From: Octopus sinensis
Lineage: Eukaryota
DNA length: 64,000 nt
Assembly (NCBI RefSeq): GCF_006345805.1
Contig: NC_042997.1
Location: 1,984,001-2,048,000 of the forward strand
Direction of reading: 5' to 3'
The notes under the pieces were generated by a model. The model did not search any database, had not been told where the DNA came from, and was given only the letters and a program-made list of their open reading frames with translations. Position numbers and translations under genes: made by a program. Below, in pieces: positions 1-12,169 of this stretch (within the stretch, counting starts at the first letter, position 1; every line of letters begins with the position of its first letter).

Positions 1-158
1 ATATAAATATGTATATATATATATATAAATATATATATACATATAAATATGTATATATATATAAATATATATATATACATATAAATATGTATATATATAA
101 ATATATATATACATATAAATATGTATATAATATACATATATATATATATATATATATA

Positions 159-219
<61 letters not shown>

Positions 220-543
220 CACACACATATATATATATATACATATATATGTATATATATATATATATCCATTTATATATATATTTATTTATATATATAT
301 CCATTTATATATATTTATTTATATATATATCACGTGATATATATATATATATATATGTATATATATGCATATATATATGTATATATATATACATATATAT
401 ATATATACATGTATATATATGTATATATATACATATAATATGTATATATATATATATATATATATATGAATAAATATATATATATATACACACACACATA
501 TATATATGTACATATATACACACACATATATATATACATATAT

Positions 544-614
<71 letters not shown>

Positions 615-641
615 TACGTATAGATATATACATATATATAC
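1..641. repeat. (TA)n/(CA)n compound microsatellite
   Basis: Direct reading; source of the IYIY... ORFs. Confidence 0.98.
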
Positions 642-3600
642 GTATGTATCAGCCCTTCCACCAATACACAAAAATGGAAGATAAGATTCCTGGAGGACTG
701 GGTCGAGGCCCATCCAAACCACATCCCTTTCTTCGTCCTCACTGAAACCCATCTTAGTGACCTCCACTTGGAAGCCGAGGTGAAAGTTAAGAATTTCAAA
801 ACCATTCGTGCTGATCCTGTTGGCAGAAGAAAGGGTGGGACTGCCATTTATGTCCATGATTCATTCTCAAGAGAAGCCATGAACATATTTTCGAATGGAT
901 ACTGCGAAGCAGTCGCTGTATTCAGTCAAACCAACAACTTAACAGTAGTTGGGCTCTACAGACCACCCCAAACGCCCCTACCATGCTTCAAGGAATGCCT
1001 CAACAGCATAAAGTGTTTCATTCAGCAGTGTCAACCTGACAACATTTTAATGATGGGAGATTTCAACCTTCCCGGGGTTGACTGGTCTACAAACAGTCTG
1101 CCGCCAGGTTCTTCTCTCTCAACCCCTGACAAGGAGGCAGTGGAATCGCTTCTTGACTTCATGGATGACTTCTTCTTGTCCCAACTGGTACTCGAACCAA
1201 CGAGATGTCACAAAAACGTCTTAGACTTAATTTTCAGCAATCACACTGATACTATCCACAATATTGCAGTGGAGAAAACCCTACTCTCCGACCATGACAT
1301 GGTTCTCTGTGATCTGAGATTTCACTGGCCAAAATGCAAAACAAATGTCATTCCTCCTGTTCATCCATTTGACACTATGGATTTCCACAATGCAAACTGG
1401 GAAGCGATCAATAATGATCTTGCACAAGACGATTGGTCCTTCACGCACACATACACACCCACTAACATCAAAAAGTCCTGGCAGTCACTTGTAGACACCA
1501 TCACGAACATATATGCAAGACACACCCCATTAAGATCTGCAAACAAATCTAAGTGTCGAATCCCTAGAAATAGAAAATCTCTCATAAGGAAAATTAAAAG
1601 AATCAACAAAAAGATCAACATGCTGAAATACTGTCAACAGCAACACACCAACCTGACTGCCATCTCGTCGCTAGAGATTAAAAAACATAAACTCCAAAAC
1701 AACATGATGTCTATCATCAATAGTCAGCGAAGAGCTGAAGAGGCCTGGGCCATTGAGAAGATCAAACTCAATCCCAAAGTGTTCTTTTCATTTGCAAAAA
1801 AACACAGAGTCACTGGTTCTACTGTTGGCCTCTGATTGATGAAAATGGTACTCTTCAAGACAATGCCAAAACCATGGGAGAAATATTGCAGAAACAATAT
1901 TGCTCTGTTTTCAGCAATCCTGATATGACTGATCTGGGCTGTATCAGTGATGTTACTCCCCAATACACTTTATCGGACATAACATTTGGCGCTCCTGATG
2001 TCTTAGCAGCAATAAAGGAAATGAAGCATAATTCAGCAGTAGGTCCCGATAGGTTCCCTGCTTGTGTCTTGAAGATGTGTCAAAACCAACTTGCACCCCC
2101 TCTAGCCAATCTGTGGCGGAACTCACTGGATGCTGGATATATACCAGAAGACCTTCTATCCCAGTCTGTTGTCCCAGTTTTCAAAAAAGGAAACAAATCG
2201 CTTGCCGTGAATTACCGTCCAATCTCACTCACCTCTCATATCATCAAGGTATTTGAGAGGGTGCTGAGATCGCGTATGACTCACTTCCTTGAGAGTCATA
2301 ATATGCTGAACCCCAACCAGCATGGATTCCGTAATGGGAGAGATTGCCTGACGCAGCTACTGCATCATTTTGATGACATTTTGAGAGCCTTGGAGAGGGT
2401 TCCAACACTGATGCCATCTACCTTGATTTCAGCAAGGCCTTTGACAGGGTTGATCATAAGATCCTTCTGAGAAAGCTGTCCATATTGGTGTCACTGGAAA
2501 GCTGCTGCAATGGATCAAGTGCTTCCTCTCTAACAGAACCCAACATGTTGTAGTCGAGGGAGTCAAATCCAGCCCAGCCAAAGTCAGCAGTGGTGTCCCA
2601 CAAGGCACTGTGTTGGGGCCACTTCTCTTCATCATCTACATAAATGATATTACTGACACCATCAAACACAGCAACATCAGAACCTTCGCTGATGATTCCA
2701 AGCTCCAGAAGGTCATCAATGGCGTGGATGACCGAATAAACCTTCAGTCAGACCTACTGGCTGTTGTCCAATGAGCGGAAAAGAATAACATGTTGCTAAA
2801 TGAAGACAAATTCGAACTGATCCACTTTGGAAGGGAGGACGCTCTGAAACTCCCATACTCTCTTCCTTCTGGAGAAATTCTCATGGCATCCAACAACATC
2901 AGAGACCTGGGAGTAACAGTGGACAACAACATAAGCTGGGCTACACATATAAGCAGCAAAGTTCACATGGCCCGCAGAATGTGTTCCTTGATTCTCAGAA
3001 CCTTCCAGTCGAGAGATTCCCACGCTATTATCCTTCTCTTCTCCACTTTTGCCCGACCCCAACTTGAATACTGCTGTCCACTGTGGTCTCCCTACACAAA
3101 ACAAAATATTATGAGAATTGAAGCTCCCCAAAGGTCAATCACAAAAAAGATAGATGGCATGTCAGACCTTGACTACTGGGGTAGACTAGAGAAGCTGAAA
3201 TTGTATTCACTCCAACGACGCCGTGAACGCTACATTATCTGTATGATGTGGAAAATATTCCATCAGCACTGTCCGAATGATGTTGGCATCACCTTCAAAA
3301 TGCATCCAAGGCTTGGACCACGTGCCATCCGTCCACAACAAAAATCTAAATCGCATCACATAACGACAATACGGCACAACTATTTCACCTCATTTGGACC
3401 TGCTCTCATCAACATTACACCAGGACACGTCAAAAAAGAAACTGACCACACAAAATTCAAGAAGTCTTTGGACAAATTCCTTCAAACAGTACCGGACAAA
3501 CCACCCACACCCGGATATGTCTCCGCAAACAATAACTCTCTGCTCGAATGGGCCTTGGTGCCCAAATCCTGAACTGAAAGACTTCGCCAGGTGGTGCTAT

Positions 3601-3657
3601 TAAGTTAGACATGGCCTGGGCCAATACTGGCCAAAACCTTTCTAAGTTATTCTAAGT

Positions 3658-3660
<3 letters not shown>
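642..3660 (+). mobile_element. CR1/L2-type (Jockey group) LINE, 5'-truncated just inside ORF2, with 3' UTR and tail
   Basis: APE endonuclease and RT motifs in order. 3' UTR 3573-3660 ends in (TCTAAGTTAT)2 and shares its terminal motif with the copy at 60564. (TA)n on both sides. Confidence 0.93.
675..3572 (+). pseudogene. Disrupted LINE ORF2 (APE endonuclease + reverse transcriptase)
   Basis: TETHL (741-755), GLYRPP, MGDFNLP, SDHDMV, NYRPISLTS, QHGFR, YLDFSKAFD, GVPQGTVLGPLLF, FADD (2685-2696), EYCCPLWSP. Frameshifts near 1830, 2395 and 2480; in-frame TGA at 2772. Confidence 0.93.
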
Positions 3661-3689
<29 letters not shown>

Positions 3690-3695
3690 CATATG

Positions 3696-3735
<40 letters not shown>

Positions 3736-4007
3736 GTATATATATGTATATATATATATATGTATATATATATATTATACATATGTATATATATGTATAT
3801 ATATGTGTGTATATATATACATATATATATGTGTGTGTGGTATATATATTTTTATATATATGCATATATATATATACATATATGTGTGTGTGTATATATA
3901 TTTTTATATATATGCATATTATATATACATATATATATGTATATATATAATATATACATGTATATATATATATATATATGGATATATATATATATATGTA
4001 TATATGG

Positions 4008-4040
<33 letters not shown>

Positions 4041-4090
4041 ATATACATGTATATATATATATATATATATATGCATATATATATCTCTCT
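3661..4090. repeat. (TA)n/(TG)n microsatellite
   Basis: Direct reading. Confidence 0.97.
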
Positions 4091-4104
4091 ATACAATATG
4101 TTAC

Positions 4105-5225
4105 ATTACTCGGTAGTCAAAGATAGTGGTTTTAGCGAAAAAATAATATATACACCTATCACCAGTCCAACAATAAGGAAAAGGAATAATAGAAATAGGA
4201 AGGTCATCTGGTTTACGCCCCCTTACTCACCCGAGGTGGCCTTCAATATAGGTAAATATTTCCTAGCACTGATAGATAGACATTTTCCAGTTAACCATGC
4301 TTATAGGAATCTCTTCAATAGACACAATTTAAAAATTAGTTTTAGTTCAACTACCAATTTTAAAAACATAATCAATCATAACATACAAAAAACACACAAG
4401 AAGAAAACAGCTGTTATGCAGGAATAAAGAATTGTGCCCGCTAAATGGAGCTTGCATGTCCAAGACCATCAATATGAAGCTACCGTAAACTCTATAACCA
4501 CTAATGACCACCGTTTCGACGGAAGAAATACGTGGGCCTGACAGAGGGTAATTTCAAGGCCAGGTTCAATACCACACTTTGAGCTTTAGGCACTGGAACA
4601 AAAGAAAAGCGACACAATTATCCAATCATATTTGGTCTTTAAGAGATAAAGGTGTCGATTATAACATACAATGGAAGATTTTGGCCAGATGTAAGCCCTA
4701 TAGCAACGGCAGCGGAAGGTGCGGTTTATGCGACATGGAGAGATGGCTTATCTGGAAGAGCAGCTTAGACCCTACCACATGTCTAAATACAAGGACAGAG
4801 CTTTTCGGATCATGCCCACATGTGACTAAATTTCTGTTACGTTTTTGGTCCCCTAAAGAAAACGGATAGAACATGCTTTCTGTGTAATGTCCCAAGAAGA
4901 TTTTATATATTTTTATATATTTTTATATATTTTTATGTATTTTTATATAATTTTTATGACGAAAAATGCGAGCGATGTATAAGTACACAGGCAAAGCAGA
5001 GTTATAACAGAGTAATTTCCCTTCATTTTAACGGTATTTTTTCATAACGTTTTCAAATAGCCAGATAACCGAAGAGATGGTGTTGTGGATTTCCACTTCG
5101 GCATCTGAAACTCAGAGTTTTATCTTGACTACCGAGTAATGTAACATATTGTATAGATAATATCCTCTATTTACATAATATTGAGGTCTCTTCTTTCTTT
5201 TGTTATCTTACCGTTTTATCAATAT
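4105..5225 (+). mobile_element. Penelope-like element 3' fragment, family A (RT C-terminus/linker + GIY-YIG + terminal repeat)
   Basis: KVIWFTPPYS...NIGKYFLALIDRHFP; CPLNGAC, YEATV, KYVGLTEGNFKARF; TQLSNHIWSLRD...WKILARCKPY...RCGLCDMERWLI. Frameshifted. Hammerhead-like fold downstream. Confidence 0.85.
5063..5125 (+). ncRNA. Hammerhead-ribozyme-like motif (minimal type I, variant core)
   Basis: AGAUAA / CCGAAGA / GAUG..CAUC U / GAA / ACUC-A-GAGU / U / UUAUCU; stems I, II and III all pair. Confidence 0.55.
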
Positions 5226-5227
5226 GC

Positions 5228-5260
<33 letters not shown>

Positions 5261-5288
5261 TATGTATATATATATATACATATATATA

Positions 5289-5333
<45 letters not shown>

Positions 5334-5649
5334 ATGCATTACAAAACGTCGCTAAGATAAGTATCTATTAATATGTAACATCTTTAAATTGTAAATTTTT
5401 ATATTTTATAAGTCATTGGTGTAACATTTATTTTTCTTATGTAAATATTTTTGTTTATGTAATGATCTAATTATCGTAATTTTCTATATAATTATTAGAT
5501 ATTAAATTGAACTTTATTCGTAAGATATTACTTAGCGATTGATTTGTTGTTTGATAGCAAGATTACGAGTTGTCTAAAGTTAGATTTATGTATATATATA
5601 TGTATTAATAGTATTAATTGTAGTTTTAAATTTCTCATAATTAAAAGTA

Positions 5650-5716
5650 GATAAACTTAGGTATGCTTCGACCAAAGATTGGTCCAGGCCACGTCTAACG
5701 TTATAGCATAACTTAG
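5650..5716 (-). mobile_element. 3'-terminal stub of the same CR1/L2-type LINE family
   Basis: Reverse complement GCTATAACGTTAGACGTGGCCTGGACCAATCTTTGGTCGAAGCATACCTAAGTTTATC matches the 3' ends at 3595-3660 and 60564-60630. Confidence 0.8.
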
Positions 5717-6270
5717 TTATTGTGTTTTTAAATCGATATTTGCCATTGATAAATATATTTATAGTATTTATAGTATTTATTGGATACTATATAACTACGA
5801 ATTGATTATTTCTATAAGTATTTTAAATAAGATTTCCGAAAGTTCGTTTAAGTTTGTTTGTCTGTATTTTTGAATTTAGATATTTCGTCTTTAAATATGA
5901 CATATTAATTTATTAGGTCTTTATTATATGTACATATATATTTATTTATAGAGATTATTTTAGATCTTAATTGTAATATTTATATACATTTATATATTTC
6001 CATTGATAATTTTTCACTTATAATAGTCATTTAAAAAATAATATTTATGTAATTATATAGAGGCTATTACTGACATTATATTATCGATGGATTTCTTACC
6101 TTAAAAATTAAAATTAATATTAACATTATAATCGTTTTTGATATAATCATAATTGTTAAGTTTTAAATTACTAGTTTGATAATAGAGTTCATTATAAGTA
6201 AAATTATTATATTATTTATATCTTTAAAATATTGTTTCAATATTTCTGATTATTTTTAACATATTTCAAT

Positions 6271-6365
6271 TAACCTGAAGATTGACTGTAACCATAATTC
6301 GAATTATTAATTGAATTTAAATTATTGTTATTCGAATTGGTACAGCCATGAAACGATCGTAGTGT
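6271..6365 (+). ncRNA. Hammerhead-ribozyme-like motif with long stem II
   Basis: Canonical CUGAAGA (6275-6281), long stem II, GAA (6350-6352), perfect palindrome ACGAUCGU, GUA cleavage triplet; stem I is weak. Confidence 0.6.
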
Positions 6366-7724
6366 TTTACTCTTTATCTTTTATTAAACTTTTAATACTT
6401 TTGATATTTTTATATTTAAAAAAAATAATAATAAATAAATTAATTAATTAATTAAACAAACTTATATATAAATATAAAAATATACATACATATATATATA
6501 TATTTCTATATATATATTTAAATTTATAAGTTTAAATTATTTTAATAATTTTTTTAATTTTTAACTTTTATATTTTAAAATTAATTTTATGTATTTGCTT
6601 ATGTTTTTCACTGTTTGATTTACCTAACAGTGGTTTTATCTCTAATTTAATATAATATAATATAATATATTTATACTATAAAATTGGATTTAATCCTAAA
6701 TCTCATTTTTCGTTGAAAGTTTGGATTTATTCCCTAATATTATTATTATTATATATATATAAATTTTCTCTGGGAAGGATACGGAACTTCTTGAAAACGA
6801 TGATATGAGATGGCCCCGAAAATGTTTCATGCAAATTGAAAGGAGAATAGAATGATAGATTTCGTATATCATAGGTCCTCATAAAATCTGTAAATTGTGT
6901 CTTGTAATTGATGTGATATTCTTATAAATAAGAGAAAAAAGGTTCATAGAGAACACTCCATAATATCTCCTGGATACATAGAATTCCCAAACACCAGAAT
7001 GAAGTAGTTATCATTCTGACATTTCACATGCAGATTGCAATAAACTGTAAGGAAAGAAAAGCAAAAACAGAACAAAACAGAGACTTAGTTAAAATACAAG
7101 GCAGATAATACTTCATATTTGGCCGTGGATGGTGGAATCGTTATCGTTCGTTAGACTCTCCTTTAAAATTTTGTTTCAGGTAGTTGAATCTTATCCATTT
7201 TGTGCGAAATAGTTGAAGGCTACATACCTTCTGTCCCATGTATTTGATTTGTTAATATTTGCAGCACATCATTCCATTTTCTACTGGTTGAGTCATATGC
7301 AAAATTTCTTTGCTGGTGGCAATTGAATCAAAATCAAAAAATTGTAAATACGTTCCATGTTGAGAATTTTGCTGAGAAACTGTGTACGGGTTATGTTGCG
7401 AGATTTATTTCACATATAGAATTCCATTTCATCGTGCATTTTATTTAAATCATAAGTGTCTTTTATGTTGTTTCCTTGACTTTTACTTCTCCATCTGTAT
7501 TTATTCTGGCATTATTAGTAAAATGTTTAAAAACCCTAAAAATTTCAATACACATAAAATACGTCGAATAAAACACCATTTTTCTCTCAAAATTGTACAC
7601 AAAGAATAATAAGGCTTTAGAAGGTGACAGCGGAAAAGTCCTCTTCTCTGAAAATGCTGGAGCCTGGTACGTACCATGCCTGACTGAGGCAAAAGTCTTA
7701 ATCAGCAACGACAGCTGCTAGAAT

Positions 7725-7761
7725 AATGTTGATGAAGATAATGGTGATAATAAGGAAATTT

Positions 7762-7813
<52 letters not shown>

Positions 7814-8045
7814 AACTGCTACTGCTGTTGCTACTACTACTACTACTACTACAACTACAACTACTACTACTACGACTACTACGACTACTACTACGACTAC
7901 TACGACTTCTACTACTACCACTACTACCACTACTACTACTACAGCTGCTGCTATATTGGTGTTAATAAAATCACTAGTAATATTAGCAGTAGTAACAAAA
8001 ACCAAAAAAGAACATCATCATCAACAGCAATAATAACAATGACGA

Positions 8046-8077
<32 letters not shown>

Positions 8078-8122
8078 ATAATAATAATAATGATGATGAT
8101 GATAATGATAATAATAATAATA

Positions 8123-8190
<68 letters not shown>

Positions 8191-8215
8191 AATAATAATA
8201 ATGATAAATAATAAT
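7725..8215. repeat. Trinucleotide microsatellite complex (CTA)n/(CTG)n/(AAT)n/(GAT)n
   Basis: Direct reading; gives the poly-L/V/I ORFs. Confidence 0.97.
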
Positions 8216-8753
8216 GCACTCAAAGAAGAACATTTTGACTATAATATCAATGATATGAATAAAATTTCTATATGAGCTGATCGAAGTATGATTTTAAAAT
8301 GTCTATATTTCAAAATACTTTTATAGATTAGCCAGAGGCAGAACTGAATAAGATGTATGTTATTTTCGATCGTTATTCATCTCTTACAGAACTATTAATG
8401 TAGTTCCATGAACCTTAATGGACAAGATTGAACAGACAATAATACATTTTATTAGTTTTTTTCGTCTTCATTCGTCTGCCTTCAGTTTTGATTTTACTTT
8501 TATTTGATATTTACATTTTCTGAGTTGCTGAGGTATTTTACACTACTCACACTCTATAACCCTATCAAAGATTTGACATTTCATAAAGAGATATTTAAAA
8601 TGAAATGAAAGAACAAAATGAAAATTATATATGTATATTTCTTGTTTTTATTTCATCATTCAAAATCATTAAGTCATCATATAGTGAATAGATTTGAATT
8701 TTCTCTTTTGTTCATATTACAAATAACATTTCTTGTTATTAATACCGACTTCA

Positions 8754-9466
8754 TCATTATTCATGAGTGATACTACACTTTGTAAAAAAGGGTAGGAAAT
8801 TATGGAAACAAATCGGGTACAGGAAAATGTTTGAGTATGAGAGTAAGTAATTTCTATGATTTTATGCACATATGTGGGTGTGCGTATCTGTGTGTGCATG
8901 TATGTGTGTGTGCATGAGAGAGAGTATGTATTTATATTGCGAGTATGTGTGTACAATGTACATGTATGGAGGGGGTTATGAGTATATATATATATAAGCA
9001 CACACACACGAACACTATTTGAAATTATTATCCGTGAGGTATAGATGCCAAACATATTTTTTCTCTCATATACAATAAAATAATCGGGATCTTTTTTTGT
9101 AGAGATCTAGAGAAATGTACTACTATTTCTCGGCAACTTACTTTATTCCTACAACCACCCAATTTTAATTTTACCGGTGTTTTAGTGAAACAAGTGTTTA
9201 TCGGAAATTCATGAAATAATTTACTAACATTTAACTCATAACCCCTTCCATACATGTATATTTTACACACATACTCGCAATATAAACACATGTTCTCTGT
9301 CTCTAACTCTCATGCTCACACATACACACACAGATACGCACACATATATATGTGCATAAAATCATGCAAATTACTTACTCTCATAATCAACCATTTTCCT
9401 GTACCCGATTTGTTTCCATAATTTTGACCCTTTTTTATAAAGTGTAGTATCACTCATGAATAATGA
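8754..9466. repeat. Foldback/MITE-like element: about 230-bp inverted arms around a 250-bp spacer
   Basis: 8754-8983 is the reverse complement of 9234-9466 (e.g. TCATGAGTGATACTACACTTT and TTATGGAAACAAATCGGGTACAGGAAAATG). No TSD seen. Confidence 0.85.
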
Positions 9467-9766
9467 GGAAATTTTGCGAAGCTACCGTACTCAATTTGAC
9501 TACCGGGCTCAAATTTCACGTTTCATATATTCTTTTACTCAAACAGCTTGACGTATTGGTGAATACTAAACGGTGTTCGAGAGGATCAAAATTAGAGATG
9601 CAGTAGAGTAAACCTTAGCTGAAATATTGATTTGGAGGCCATATGAATATTGAAAAAATATCATGATGATTCGCACCGCGTAATCTAGTATATCACTATG
9701 ATTATCCTTTAAGGTATTTGATATATCAAACTCTCTATTTCTCCCCCTCTCTCTCTCTCTGCATAT

Positions 9767-9816
<50 letters not shown>

Positions 9817-11026
9817 ATAATATATATATATATGATTATAAGGAAAAACGTTTTTTTCTCTAATGCATAGACTTCACTTTGAATTGCTCAAGATATTAGA
9901 CCTGAAGCGATAGAATAAGTTAGATGTAAGAATAAAAGTTAGACAAAACAAGTCCACATACACATTTATATTTATTAAGCCCTAAACCCTAGACGCAGAA
10001 ATTTCTCCGAAAGTATATTCAATACATCAAACATATCAAAAATATTTAGATATATATATATATATATATATATGTAAAATATATGAAGTAAACAATACTT
10101 TAAAAATATATGCATAAATATATACATTACATATATATATATATATTGAAAAAATAAATCGCTAGACAGACACAAAGATGATCTTAGATCAAAAACCACA
10201 TAAAACATACACTCGCTTGGTCCACAATAAAAGAAACTCCTCACTATAGTACAAAAATATGCAAATTCAAGCTTTGCTTAAAACAGACGTTAATTATTCG
10301 CGATATAAAATAAATTTTCCGACGCTGTTTACTATTGCAAACATCGGTTTTACTCAACATTTGTTCATTATGATTCTGGATAGAGGTAAGAACAAGCCTT
10401 CACAGCAACTGAGACATATATTTTCTGGAAAGTAGCTCTACCGTCCTCCACCTATATATAGCCAACGGTTACAATATCTTATCATGCATTGTATATCCTC
10501 TCCCAGTCATACAAAAACACTTCTGGTCTTTTGCATATAGCTCTATATAAACACTCAGTAGGTAATTTCCCTTTGAAAAAAAAAAGCAGTAGATGTGGAA
10601 CGTATTTTCTCTCATGAAGGCAGTGCTGTTCAATAATGGATGTAAATATCTTTTATATGACAGGAAAGCCAGACCCACGGAAAGGGCCGAAAGATCATTA
10701 ACTGGAGTACAAATATTAAAACATTTTATCTTATTAACACTTTTATGACTTTGCTTTATAATCTGTAACTCGATCTATATATGTAATCACTTCTTAATAT
10801 ATTATTAATGTATATATCTATATATTTCTGTATTTTTATATGTTTTTTTTAATGAATTGGTTATTAAATATATTCTTATCTATCTATAAATTTTTGAGAA
10901 GTTTGATGTATTGAATATACTTTCGGAGAAATTCATGCATGTTACTTTGTGTTACTTGTCCTGCTTTCCATTTGTTTCTCTCGTTATTTGCGTATTGAAA
11001 TCCTTGTTTACTGCACCCATATATGC

Positions 11027-11092
<66 letters not shown>

Positions 11093-11194
11093 TATATATA
11101 TATATGTGTGTGTGTGTATTGAGTTGTCCGGAATGTTTTTACCGATTGTTACAGGAAAGAAAAAGGTCAATAAATACTTGCTATTACATTTTTA

Positions 11195-11495
11195 CACGAT
11201 TCGTACTATAGCATCTAATAGAAGCATCAGGGACACACGACTACATGAACTAAAGGATACACACGTTACCAGAAACTACCCACCATCACAAATTGATCTA
11301 GGCTTTCAATGTGACCTACAACTCAACATCCACGAACTCGGACATCCCAAATTAAAGACGCATTTACATCCACAAACTCTACCATACATCTCCACACAGA
11401 CCCCCCTTAACAATAAAGCCTTCGACAGCATCCCCAAGAACATCCCTCTACTAAAAAGGGGACACAGAATGAATGTAATCATCAAAACTCATTTT
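11195..11495 (+). mobile_element. Penelope-like element fragment, family B (RT C-terminal region)
   Basis: RTIASNRSIRDTRLHELKDT..RNYPPSQID...PYISTQTPL aligns by eye with RICTIISDTNTRHTRLQELRTTLTNRNYPQPLID...PYISTHNPL at 40850-41060. Confidence 0.75.
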
Positions 11496-11980
11496 TTACT
11501 GACGGCTTCAGTGTTGTCGAGTATACTTGGGCTTGCGTTAGGAGACTTGCATAGATTTGGGTTGTCTTTTGTTCTTTATGATAGTGTGCGCAGACCCCTC
11601 TTAAAGTACGTTGGAATAATAATAAATCATATTTTAATGATTGACGGAAAGAAAGTAGTACTAGTGTATACAAAATGGTATGGCAACTTAAGAGACAACA
11701 TACATTTCTCAATTTCTTGGAATATTGTTTCTTCTGCCCCTTGTTATAGGATTAGAAATAGAACGTGCCCTTGATGCCTGGAAGAGTATTAAATAATTAA
11801 GAAAATGAACGGTTCTATCTTAAATTCGAGAGATGAAAGTATTATATCTTGCAAACACATGTCCAAATTTCTTTTCATTAACCTTAAATAGTCGTATTGC
11901 TTACCGCTTTTTCATTTTCATATTATTATTTCATTCTTATGTTATGTGTATATACGTTTTTCTCTGTGTATGCATGCATT

Positions 11981-12031
<51 letters not shown>

Positions 12032-12127
12032 ATGTACGTATGCGTGCCTTTGTGGGCATGTTTTGTGCACTTGTGCTCATTTTTTATTTCCCCCTTTCTC
12101 TCTCTCTCTATATATATATAATTATTT

Positions 12128-12169
<42 letters not shown>

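Noticed and set aside
9979-9992. CCCTAAACCCTA as a telomeric repeat
   Set aside because: Fewer than two units, and not the TTAGGG repeat expected in molluscs.
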